From: Octopus vulgaris
Taxonomy: Eukaryota
DNA length: 64,000 nt
Reading direction: 5' to 3'
NCBI GenBank assembly: GCA_951406725.2
Contig: OX597818.1
Coordinates: 96,348,001-96,412,000 of the forward strand
Part shown: positions 11,122 to 23,471 of the stretch, piece after piece
Layout: each line of letters starts with the position of its first letter
How positions within the stretch are numbered: the stretch's first letter is position 1
Notes under the pieces: model-generated
What the model saw: the letters and a program-made list of their open reading frames with translations, nothing else
The model's database searches: none
Told to the model about the DNA's origin: nothing
Position numbers and translations under genes: made by a program

Positions 11122-12197
11122 TCATGTGGTGTAGTGAGGAGAAGAGGGGGAGGGGGAGAAGAGGGGTGAGAGAAGGGGAGGGGAAGAAGAGGGGGAGGAG
11201 AGGAGGGGGAGGGGGATGAAGGAGGAAAGAGGGAGAGGGGGAGAGAGAAGGGGAGAGAGGGAGTGAGGGAAGAGAGGGAAGGGGAAGAGGGAGGGAGAAA
11301 GAGGGAAGAAGGGAAGGGGAGTAGAGGTGAAAGGATGAAGGACTGAAGAAGTAGGGGTCGGGGGGAAAGGATAGGTGAGGAGGGGGGAGAGGGGGTTAGA
11401 TGAGGAGGGGGGAGAGTTGAGACCAAATGGCGTATAAGAGCGAAGAGAGAAGATTAATTCCTGTTCACGGCACAAACGGGAATCCGGATGGCCTCTGTGT
11501 AAGGACAAACCGAACACAGATAGGTGTTGCAAGGAGTGACCGGTGGAGCGGAAATGGCGTGAGACCGGTGTGTCGTTCGCAAGGTGGATGTCACGAAGGT
11601 GTTCCGCGAACCGGTCAGCCAAGCGGCGTCCCGTTTGTCCGATGTACAAGGAATTGCAGAGAGAGCAAGAGATGCAATAGATAATATTGCTGGAGGTGCA
11701 GGTGAAGGAGTGGATGATGGGATAGGGTCGATGGTGGGTGCTAGTGAGGCGGGTGGTGTTGGAGAGGTAAGGGCAAATGCGGCAACGTGGGCGGGAGCAG
11801 GGGAACGAGCCGGGTTGGGAGGTAGGGTCAGGGAAGGAGCTATGGACCAAAAGGTCTCGAAGGTTGTGGGCTCGTTTGAAAGAGGGGAGGGGTCGGTTAG
11901 GGAAGAGGTGTGAAGTGGACGGGTCGGACTGGAGATGACGGAAAGCTCGAAGAATGGTGCGTTGGAGACGTAGGGTCTTGGGGTGGTAAGTGAGGGGAAA
12001 AGGGAGGCGGGAGACTACAGGGCGGGTTCGGGGAGAGAGAGCAGATACACGGTCCACGGACCGTGCTCTGGCAAGGGCGGTGTGGATAGTGGTGAGGGGG
12101 TATCCACGTAGGGTGAAGTGGTGAGCCATACGTTGAGACTGAGTCTCAAAGTCATGGTCGTCACTACAGAGCCTACGTAGACGGAGGAATTGGGAAT
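11122..12197 (-). pseudogene. 5'-truncated PLE ORF end (RT thumb plus intact GIY-YIG)
   Basis: SQFLRLRRLCS...YIGQTGR...HSLQHLSVFGL...REQELIFSLRSYTPFGLNS in one frame. The predicted N-terminus (12198-12276) is flanking microsatellite. Confidence 0.9.
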
Positions 12198-14308
12198 GTA
12201 TGTATGTATGTATATATACGTAATGTTTATGTACACATGTATGTATACATAAATGTATATATATGTACATTTCCACTCACAGACATGACAACAAACATGC
12301 ACACATGCACGCATATTTGCTGTCTGGCGTGTCCAGTAATTATCATTACGTTATTTACCGTGAAATTGAAACTATCGGATGAAAACTACAGTTTACTAAA
12401 TAAATCGTAAGCAACTTAACCAGAAAGTATTTACCCTGTTGAATCGTGGGAATCTAGATGCTTCGATTGCTTGGCTCACAAACTCATTTCGGTCGTTTCC
12501 GTAATTTTAACCTAAATATTATTTTACAGAATTCTAGAATAAACGACACAGAAAGTAAGCGAACTTCTGTTAACAGTTGCGATACGTTTATTGTTCTTTC
12601 TGAGAGCACAGCGTAGGACGTGTGACAATGATTTGATTTTCCATCAAAGGAGCTATTAATGCTAATATAATCCTCCCTAGCCGTTTTGTCTCTAAATATG
12701 TAAAAAAGACTTTTGTTTTTAAAGTAATCCATCTATAAATGTTTTGATGTTACTGGAAAATTATATCAATCGAATGTCGAAAGATTAATGTAATGGATTG
12801 TTGATTCTATATCAGCTGCCAACCAAATTTTCTAACTAAGCTAACTGGAAATTCCAATGTTGTTTGGAACGTTCAGTTAATGGCAAATGAGTTTCTAGTC
12901 CTATTTTAAACTTAATTGTGTCTCAAAGTCTCTAGAACTTTATCTCGCTTCTTTCATCTTTCAAATATCAGAATAGCAACACTGCAATGCAAAAACACAT
13001 ACAGAGTAAACAGCAGACGGTAAAGAACCTGATTTAACATTTTTATTCGCATTCTTCGATTATTTCTGCTCGAGAACTAAACTGACGCATGTGCACGCGC
13101 ACACATATATTATGCACTTATAAAAATAAAATAACATATAAGAATCTTATCACAAAACCTGTGAGACAAACAATAACTATGTAATAAGTGTTAAGGAGAA
13201 GGAGGTCCTTGGGAGCACATACTCATTGATGAGGTTATAGTATGTGAGGAAAGGACGTTGATAGAGAAATCGATTAACCTTTTGGTCAGTTGATTATTGG
13301 CCAAATAGACTGGTAATAAGACTGAAGTGAAATATGCCCAGTGCGTGTGTTTTTATTGACAGCATGACCCAAATACAGCACTATGATTTTACATATTGAT
13401 ATAATTGCACGAGTTATTATGGTGTTCCAAATAGTTTACACGGGGAAAAGAAATTATTAAATTATTCTGGAATAAATCTAGGAATATTCCATCAAAAAAT
13501 CGAGCAAGCAACGTAAATTAGAAGGTAAGACCAGAAGCTTATTGTACATTTTTACGCAGCTAACCATATCTGATGTAATATATATATTTATGCATCCAAC
13601 ACGCTGGTGTAGTAAATCGAATCAGTAGCTTGAATAAATTATCATCAGAATAATCGATTCAGAAGATTTTAAGAGAAATAAGGCAGGTAGTGTTCACTTT
13701 TCTGCCCACAAACACCTCTAAATGCCATCTAATAAAAAATCTCTTTATATATTTGCGTGCTAACTGTCACATCAGTCTCGGAGGTGATAGCGAGCAAATA
13801 AATGCATGCAAATGTATATTTTAAAGCCTTTCGTTCGATGAACTATTTCCCGTAGAACGCTACTTCATATTTATAGATATCCGATATTTCTTCTCATTAA
13901 AAATACAATTAAGATTTTTTCCTTTTATTTCATTTTATATCTTATACTCGGAATGAAAGTTATTTAAGTATCAGGGTGTCAGGTACGTATTATGCTGTCT
14001 ATACAGGCGCCTGCTATGCAATCGCTGTAGACATAAGTGTGAAGCTGTCGATACAGATCTTGAAAGTCATTAATTAGTTTATTCCGAAGCTGGTAGTAAC
14101 CATTTTAGAAAGCATGTGTATATGGCTCCACGTCAGATTAATGGGAAATTATTAGCTTTAAAACGGGAATCTATGCATATTTGCTGCACAAAGCAGATAC
14201 AATTCTAAAAGAAAACATTTTCACACAAGTGCCATGTAAGCATACACAGACACACACACACACATATATGCACACACATACACACATACACACACACGTA
14301 TATATAAG

Positions 14309-14686
14309 GTGCAGGAGTGGCTGTGTGGTAAGAAGCTTGCTGCGTGGCACCTTGGGCAAGTGTCTTCTACTATAGCCTCGAGCTGACCAAAACCTTGTGA
14401 GTGGATTTGGTAGACGGAAACTGAAAGAAGCCAGTCGTATATATACATGCATACGCACACACACACACGCACACATATATATGAATTTGTGTGTCTGTGT
14501 TTGACAACCAATTTTCGTGTGTTTACGTCCCCGTAACTTAGCGGGTCGACAAAAGTGACCGATAGAATAAGTACTAGGCTCACAAAGAATAAGTCCTGGG
14601 ATCGATTTGTTCGACTAAAGGCGGTGCTCCAGCATGGCCGCAATCAGATGACTGAAACGAGTAAGAGAATAGCAGAATAAAAGAAT
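14309..14686 (+). mobile_element. tRNA-derived CORE-type SINE (head partly deleted)
   Basis: Same family as 55365-55840: ggcaccttgggcaagtgtcttctactatagcctc, internal microsatellite, shared 3' part. Confidence 0.8.
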
Positions 14687-14761
14687 TTATATGTAAGGGC
14701 ATGTATACATGAAAGTGTATCTATCTAAAAATATGACATGCACGTATGCGGTCTCGCTTGG

Positions 14762-14804
<43 letters not shown>

Positions 14805-15289
14805 TGTGTGCGCGCGCGCGCGTCTGAGAGCGTGTGCATACATACATCATATGTATAATGGTGAGCTGCCAAAATTTAACAACCGGTTTGCTTAGCTGCC
14901 CGAATTTTAACAACAGACTCGCTAAGTAAACATGATTTTAAACCACGGTATCTTTCTTTCTTTCTTTCTTCTATTTTCTTCATCAAAAATAAATCAGAAT
15001 ATGGAGATAAAATGAATCTGCCGAAAATGGTGACGTTCTGCGTTAAGAAAATCAATAAATATAAATTTTGGAATATTGCTGAAGTTTATTTACCGTGAGG
15101 CTTATGGATGAACGTTTCACGACTTCAGTCTTCCGTTGGGGAGTGAGGACATTTAGGATAAAATGAACTTGCGGGATTAATTGCTTTGCAGTCTTGCGCT
15201 GAGGTGCAGATAACATCTCTTCAGGCCCTTTCTTCTTTCATTGCATCAAGCTTTATCAAGATATATTTTTAGGTCGTCTGCTAGGTTCT

Positions 15290-15350
<61 letters not shown>

Positions 15351-15589
15351 CACACACAAACACACAAAGTATAGAAAATTAGTATAAACAACAGTTTGCA
15401 ATGTTTCACCAAACAAGGAAAACTATAATTGTCACTAAATGTGACTAGGGTGTTAAAAATACCTACATTGCCAGAAATAAGAGCTAAAATGCTCTAACGC
15501 TGTAGTCAAAGCACATAACTGCATACATATATACTGACAAGGACAGTAATCGTCCGAAAACACACTAGTTACACACACATATATATATA

Positions 15590-15693
<104 letters not shown>

Positions 15694-16074
15694 ATGCCCT
15701 CACACACACACATACACATATACGCACATTCACACATAGGTAAATATTAATAGTCATGCGCATTTCATTACTGGCGAAATAGAAAATATACTTTACAAAT
15801 CTTCTGAAATTAATATTAAAATAGAAGGTTTGATACAGCAAACACAGTGATTAGCTTTCAGTTCAAAAGATTAAGGGCTAACTGAATCTCTACGACGTGT
15901 GTGGGCGGAGTTATTTGACTTTGTGCTGAAGTTATCATCATAGTTTTTTTTCCGATTACGTCCTTATTTGGCATCCACCCAAAACTTAACAACCTGTTCT
16001 TATTCGGCAAGAAGATAGATAAAAAGAAAAAAAAGAAAGACCATCAATTAGTTCGCGTGAAACCTGAGCTAATT

Positions 16075-16225
16075 ACGAGGGGGTGCTGAAAAGTTCTTGG
16101 CTCTAAGTTCTTTTATAGGGTTTAGAAAAACTGAAGGACCGCTTCAATAAGTGAGTGAATCTGAGAGAGGAATGTGTTGAATAAAATCATAATTAGTTGA
16201 TTCCCCTATATTTTCTTTTACTCCT
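16075..16225 (+). mobile_element. Mariner-type terminal fragment
   Basis: TA-cgagggggtgctgaaaagttc TIR-like start followed by transposase C-terminal-like sequence (..R.NK.VNLR.E.VE*). Confidence 0.4.
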
Positions 16226-16872
16226 CGTGTATGTATATATATATTCGAAACCATTAGGTACTGGGGTCGATTTCACTGCGTCATTTTTATAATCTCGGGT
16301 GTACCCAAACATTATGACAGAAAATGAGTACTCGGAAACTGTATAGAGGCTCGTCGGTGGATTGTACTTATGATTCATAAATGTACGGCCTTGTGACGCA
16401 CTTTATATCGCTCTTTCAGCATAAGAATGAAGTTAATGATACACTGGTCTGTGGAATATTCTGGTCTGTTTATTCAGGAGCAAGTAATCCACTTCCTTAA
16501 ACAACTGAATTTTCTTCGTCAAACGATGGGAATACACCAGCACTAACAGTACTATCATTAATTTATTATATGTCTATAAAAATAACAAAAAAATATTTAT
16601 ATGTTCATCTATACATAATTTACATGATCCTGTGTACTCGCCCACGCTTGTCTCTGACCTTGTACACACGGACACATGCACCCCACTATATATGTATGTT
16701 ATGTATTATAAAATCTTCCCGTCCATTTCCCCGTTTTCGACCTCATACCAAATATGAGAACTATTTTAGAGCAGTTTGTAGATATTTAAAATCTACATCA
16801 GGTGTATTGGGGTTGTTCCTCCAGCAGCACCGTTAATTATAATCATATATTTATAATCATATACTTAAATAA

Positions 16873-16928
<56 letters not shown>

Positions 16929-17123
16929 TATAAAGTGTGTGTGAAAGAGAGAGGTAGAGGATCAAATGAGATCCAGAAACACTCAATATAGAAACGGTTA
17001 AGTAGCGCTCAAATGATTTGAACTCACACCCCGAAATCTTTATCGAGCACCAAGTCCGCGAGGTAAAGACTGACTATAGGAGGAATGCAGGTGAACAGTT
17101 ATGCAGACAAGTAGATCAGCACG

Positions 17124-17173
<50 letters not shown>

Positions 17174-18574
17174 CGTATGTATGTATGTATGTATGTATGT
17201 ATGTATGTATGTATGTATGTATGTATGTATGTATGTATGTATGTATGTACGTATGTATGCATGTATGTATGTATGTATGTATGCATGCATGTATATACAC
17301 AAAGCACACATACATATTGAAGAGATCGAAGCATTACTTTTCGCCTTTCAGGAGGAAACTGAAAAATGAATTTCCTTGCACAAGTTCAGGATTTGTAAAA
17401 TGTCATTTGATAATACGACTGCATCAAATGCACTGGAAACTAAAGTAAAATAAATAAAAGAAAAAAAAGATTTGCAAAAATGTTAAGTAGGTCACAGAAC
17501 GGGCTTAGTCAGAGCTTGCCGCTTAGTCTACGAAGCTATATAACTGATTATGCTCGCAGGCAAAATATCACCGAAGAAATAAGTCATCGTGCACGAAAAG
17601 TATTTAGACAGCTGTGGTCATTGGCTTATTTAACTGGGTATTACCACCTGGTAATTTCATTCAGTGTAATATAATCTAAAGTTTTCTGCTATTTCAACAA
17701 AAGAAGCTTTATATGCTGTTGCTTAGCCATGATTGAGCTGGCTTTTGATCAAAACTATCCCATAACTTGGACTACGATATTAGCAGATATTTGCACAATT
17801 CAAGAGTTTGAGTTGTGCAAGTGTGAATTATTGTTTGAGTTGTTCGACCTGTGTGAATATTGAAGTCTTAAATATGTAATGCGTAGTGAAATGGACAAGG
17901 TTAGATTGCTTCTGATCTTGTGATATTTGGTTGCTGCTCCTAGCTCCTTTCCATGAAAAACAACCTCATATGCGTTATTTCTAAAGATAATTGGCTATTT
18001 TTGGAAGAAGCGTGTCTATAATTGGATAATTGATAGAAGAAACTTCATCTAAATTCTATATATAATTGAGAACATGGTTTTGCTTTCATCAGATGCTTAT
18101 CTCAAGTGCTTCTCTTTTCACTGACAGCCAGATAATAGGAGGCGGTGATAGAAATGTATATAACGGTACGATGTACTGAGCCTGATGGGGTATCGAACAA
18201 ACTGGGTAAGATTTAACGGTTTGTATTTTATTAACCAGCAATACATTGTGTTCGTAGCGATGGGATACTAAACTCCACAAGCTCAATGTCATCTACTTCT
18301 GAATGTGTATCGCAAATAGTCTAATTTATCTATGTAAGTTGGGGGCAGCACAATAAATCTAACGTCGTAGGTTCTCTTACTCCCGTGGTGATTGTATCTT
18401 CTCTGCTTAATGCTATGTAAAAAAGAGGGAATACAAGGCCAGAAAATTGCGTAAGTCATATAGTAATAAATGATAACTCTAGTAAAAAATAATAACCTTA
18501 ACCAGTTGAGAATGTTCCTTAGCGGTTTAGTGGTTTCGGCTTTTATATCCCTTAAAACTGCCCGAATATTTTCT

Positions 18575-19050
18575 TTTCTTTCTACCTTCTTTCAGTTTCA
18601 ATATGCTTCTCCTTGTGTTCAAACTTTTCCATGCACTGTCTAATATTCATTCGATTTGACTTTTTCACTTCTAGAAGCAATGGTTCAGTACCATTCTTTA
18701 TGTACCACGCTATACTGTTCTCTTCTGTTCTCACATTATGTGCATCTCTGATCATGAGCAGAAGCAGTAGGGGGAGCATCATAGCCATGTGTTGAGAGTA
18801 ATTCTTTGGGGTTTGAATAATTTACCTCTGGAAATATGGGTGTTTCGTTCAACATCCTAAAACAACTTTTATTCAGTGACCATTTGTGCGGGATGGGCTA
18901 CTCGACCTGAAGAAAATTCTAACTGGGTCCCACCTGCAAGTCATGCACTGTTTATCTTGATATGGGATCAACATATCGCGCACATACGGTTGTGATGCAT
19001 GTATCTGGTGTACCCTTATCAGACAGGTAGTCATGATGGGCATACATAGA
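18575..19050 (-). mobile_element. R4/Dong-like LINE remnant (UTR-like segment joined to a coding fragment)
   Basis: 18740-19050 aligns with 36568-37220. The adjoining 18582-18735 translates VRTEENSIAWYIKNGTEPLLLEV, which resembles the post-RT region of R4-clade ORFs. Confidence 0.45.
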
Positions 19051-19199
19051 TTTAATATCAATTGTTTCTTCACCGTAAACTGCGCCAAAGTTTTGAGAAA
19101 GGTAAATTTAGTGTAAATGTCAGAAATGCAATTTAGGCGACATGCGGCAACGCACATTTCTGTCAGTTTCAATCAGTCTCGCAACTCCATTTTGAAAAG

Positions 19200-21029
19200 A
19201 AAGAGACGGTAATATCCTAATAATTTAGTAGAGAAATATTAGAAGACCTGATAAGCGTTTAGCCCAGTTACTTTGAGCTTTTCACCAAAAGTTTAATAAC
19301 TTATAGAAAATCCCACTTTTTAATTTTTGCAGCATTTAATTTTTTAAATATTTCTGAGAAAAACTGAAATTCCTTTTTGTTCTTACTTATGACCTTAACA
19401 AATTCTTTTGTTAAACCATGCTTAATGTGATGAGATGATAAAAGCATGTTCTACAGATCAAACAAAGGTACTGTTTGAATGCTGTTTCTTTCAGAAATAT
19501 ATTAAAACTTAGCTGACCAGTCTCGTCTATTATAATGTCATGTTAAAGCATCACTGTCCCCAAACGTAGCAAACAGCAGTAGCGTTCGGTGAATTATCCT
19601 CACGTGCCCATCAACACATCTGTAACTAAGATTAAGAGTCCATTGGTGATCGTTGCATTGAATTTCATAAAATTAGGATCTCCATTTTAACATAAGAATC
19701 TTTTATCTTTTAAATCCAGTGAATGAGAGGCGATGATAGATGGTTTTAAAATTACCATTGTGCAAAAGAACAGCTTTTAAACCAAGTAATGATGAATCTG
19801 CAAAATATCACAATTCATTAACAACATGTTTTTCAGATAAACTTGCGAAAAGTTCATTAATGTCATGACAATAATAAAGAGGATCATCCACTTTGAAATA
19901 AACTGATAGATGAAGCTTTCACTTTGTGTTATGACTCACTGTTATATTTTAATTCAATCAATTACCTTTCTTTCATAGGAGAAACGAAAAGCTTTGACTT
20001 ATAATCTTTTACCAGTTCTAAATCCCTAGAATATCTCTCAAACATACTGCGTGTAAGAGACTTGACCCTATATACATTTCTGGTGCCAATTTGGAACCTG
20101 ACGAAATTCTATGAGCATCATCTGCAATTGCAACTTTTCTGCTATTTATTTAACCTTGAATGGATTTGAACCTATCATCAGGAGGAATAGAATCGACGTT
20201 TCAGTTAATGGCTGACGGGGGTGGGAAGGGGGTTATTAAGGGAGTAGGTGGAAAATTTGGCGGGGTTCGGAATGGAACTGATCAGAGTTATTGACGCAGT
20301 TGTTGTGGGAATTAAGGTTTGATATACATTTATGTTGGTGGGTTGTACCGCAGAAATTAGTTTATCAACGATCCGTTACGTTGGGATAAATTTGGACCCA
20401 AGGCTAAGAAACTCGTGCTTAGAGTGGAAGAAAGACCCAGTCAAGTCCGTTACGAGTGGTTGTTGTCGGATGGTGGTGTCAGATTGTGTGTTGAAGTAAT
20501 TATTTGCATCAGTATTATAAGAACTGTGTGTGTACGGGTGGGAATAGTGTATATTACAGATCATAAGAAATTTACGTTTGGGCCACGATTTTTCAAAGAC
20601 AGCGCTTAATGAAAGCTTCGGTCCAAAGTAGTTGTCAAATCACATAGTCGTCCAGAACAAACAATATTTAATCAGTTGTTGCGAGTCTACTTGTGGGATC
20701 CATATTGGAAGTTAATATATTCTTATTACTGAAAGCTCGTTATTACAACAGTCATTCAAGGGGGTCTTTCTATTCCCTTCATATCATTGACGCTGCAAAA
20801 GAGCTTGTTGCCTTGTTTTTCTTCAAACTGCCACGCAATCTAATTGAACAAGGTGTATAAATTTAATGAGGTGTCTACAATGCTTCTTGGTCACCCAGCT
20901 CACAGTTAAAATATGGCTTGTATATCTTTCTAAGACTGTTGTAATGTCAGACAGTTGTAATATTGTTGTAAAATTACTACAAACGTAGCAATACAAAGTG
21001 TATGGGTTAATTATAAATTCTCTTGACAT
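19200..21029 (-). mobile_element. Degenerate CMC/Chapaev3-like DNA transposase
   Basis: Ordered broken motifs on the minus strand: MSR..NP...YCYVCSNFT, YFNCELGDQEA..PH, DSSLLGLKAVLLHNGN, HHIKHGLTKEFVKVI. Family assignment is from recalled motif similarity. Confidence 0.6.
20376..20460 (-). mobile_element. Old PLE pre-RT fragment nested in the transposase remnant
   Basis: VTDLTGSFFHSKHEFLSLGSKFIPT resembles the V.NLS...E..LL.LG.KF.PT motif (compare RGLRFIP in the young PLE). Confidence 0.4.
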
Positions 21030-21719
21030 GGTGACAGTTTAGTCATGCTACGTAGTATTCTTAAAAGAAGCAAAAATGTTTCCTGTAGTAGATGAATCAA
21101 TATATTTATATTTTTATGAAAAAAAAATCAAGATTAAAAAAAAATTGCTTTATGGTTGGATCGTAATTTAAGATTCAAATTGAAGATAGACAATGAGTCG
21201 CCATCATAAAAGCATGCTATGTAATCGACTAATCAATCCCCGTGAAATTGTTGGCCTTTTGCCAAATATGAAATCGATATTAAAGGAATATTAAAGGTGT
21301 CATTACTATAACTTCCTTAATAAAGTGAAAAAAATCTCTCCTTACCGTTACCACCACACACGCAAAAAAAAAAAAAAAATTATAACATATCGTATTCCAT
21401 TGGTAAATAGATTAAAATACATGCAATTAAAGAAGTGAATGAAACTGTTATGAAGAAAGACACTTAGCAATGTTCTAAAGTGAATGCTGTTAAATACAAA
21501 TGCAATGCGAAAAAGCATTACATTTGTATGGAAGGTAGAATAATACCTGAGCTTCAACATTGCAAGTTTTGTAGCCAAATCGTAAGTCAACTTTCAGTTG
21601 TTTAAATATTTTTATGGTTATATTGAATATTATAGTTCCAGCCTAACGTGTATAAACGATGGCAGTTTGTTTGCCGAGTGCTTTAAAAGTGTTATGTAAA
21701 ATGAAATAACACTTTCCAA

Positions 21720-22200
21720 TATTTAGTTGGTTACGTGATAAAATGCATTATTTTCTTCTGGAATATTTTAGTAACGGATACCGACAGTGTAACAATAATA
21801 TCTAGCTATTGCAGAGGATATGTACCTTGTCTTTTTTGTGTATTACAGATATACCGTGTTGTATCCAAAACGCACAATATTCGCTTCTGAAATATTACAG
21901 CAATAGCTACCGACGGTGCATCAACAATGATTGGCTGTTTTAGAAGTTTTCTCACAAAATTCAAGGAAAATTTTCGCACTGTACCTATTATTCCTCGTAT
22001 TACAGAGTTATGATCTTGTACCCAAGAAACTGCCTTAAAACTCTAATCAGTAAAATGTTAATCAATAAAATTAAAGCTCATGTTCTCAATTTAAAGCTGG
22101 TTGAAATGTTATATGAAATATAAAAAGTGAAGTATTTAATCAATGTTCATACGGGGGTAAGATGTTTGTCAAGAGGTGACACCTTGCAAAAACTTGTCGG
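21720..22200 (+). mobile_element. hAT (Charlie/Buster-like) transposase remnant
   Basis: NITAIATDGASTMIG (~21890-21935) and HTGVRCLSRG (22148-22177) match TDGAPAM.G and HTEVRWLSRG. Confidence 0.65.
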
Positions 22201-22495
22201 CTTAGAATATTTGTATTAGAGCAGGCATAATCGAATAATTAAGAAGTGCTCTTGCCGAACAGAGAGGATTTTTTTTTTACAGTTGGATAAGTTTCTTCTA
22301 CTCGGGTCAACTGAATTCTGAATGAAGTTAAATTGGACAGAAACTCCGTAAGAGCTCATTGGATGCCGGGTTGAGGATTTTGTTAAAGATACAAGTGCAT
22401 GCGGAATACTCAGACATTTACACTATGATTCAATGAATACACAGTTTCGTTCATTATACAATTGATCATACGACTCGTATTCGAAACCGAGATTT

Positions 22496-22528
<33 letters not shown>

Positions 22529-23237
22529 TACGCAAAACAACACACAATACACGTATTTATTGATTTATTTCATCGACCAGAGTTGTCAGATTTAAAGAGT
22601 TTGAGAAATTGGAATTTGTGACGTCCATATATATCCCGAAGGTATCAACATAAGAGAATTAATTTGGCTTCAACAGAAAATTGAAACCTGTTCGTATATT
22701 TGACTCTCTGGGGACTTACCGCAACTCCATGGTGGATACCTAATGCATGTCTCACGTATTTATAATCAAGAATTATTGATTTTTGAAAATTTTTCTCCAG
22801 CTCTCCATCTCTCCTCTTCTCTCTCTCTCTTTTTCTCCCTTTCTCGCTCTCTCTCTCTCTCTGTCTCACTCTTTCTCTCTCTCTCTCTCTTTGAAATAGC
22901 AATCACTCGTCAACATAGCTAGCTATTGTGCGCTCTGAAAATTCTAGAAATAGTTTACGAAGTAAAATAGGAATTATAAGTAAATATTTTTTTTAAATCA
23001 CGTTTTGTTTCTATATGATAACGTTTATGATAATTTTGACATCACAGTGACGTCTAAATTTGAAGATTATTTTAAGTGCGGCGAGGAAAACGTTTTGTGA
23101 CGATATCAAAATAGGCTGAAGGTCAAATTTAGTACGGAGGGGTAAGAAGAATCAATTACACGATATATAATTGTTTAAAGAACTTCAGAGTGATTTAAAG
23201 GTATGTAGAAACTATAAAAATAAAAATAATAATAAAT

Positions 23238-23471
23238 ATATTTGTTTACTACCCACAAGGGGCTAAACACAGAGGGGATAAACAAGGACAGACAAACGGA
23301 TTAAGTCGATTATATCGACCCTAGTGCGTAACTGGTACTTAATTTATCGACCCCGAAAGGATGAAAGGCGAAGTCGACCTCGGCGGAATTTGAACTCAGA
23401 ACGTAACGGCAGACGAAATACGGCTACGCATTTCGCCCGGTGTGCTAACGTTTCTGCGAGCTCGCTGCCTT
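23238..23471 (-). mobile_element. tRNA-derived Nin-domain SINE, near full length
   Basis: A box gagctcgcagaaacgttagc, B box gagttcaaattcc, Nin-like gcctttcatcctttcggggtcgataaattaagtaccag. Other copies near 2770-2860, 26580-26700, 55880-56040 and 56070-56230. Confidence 0.85.

Larger units (their letters stand above)
5946..12197 (-). mobile_element. Penelope-like element (Neptune-type layout), partial-tandem insertion
   Basis: A full unit (5946-10444) is preceded on the minus strand by a 5'-truncated near-identical copy of its 3' part (10445-12197 = 5946-7717). RT and GIY-YIG motifs are present; the insertion lies between (CA)n(TA)n and (TATG)n. Confidence 0.95.
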
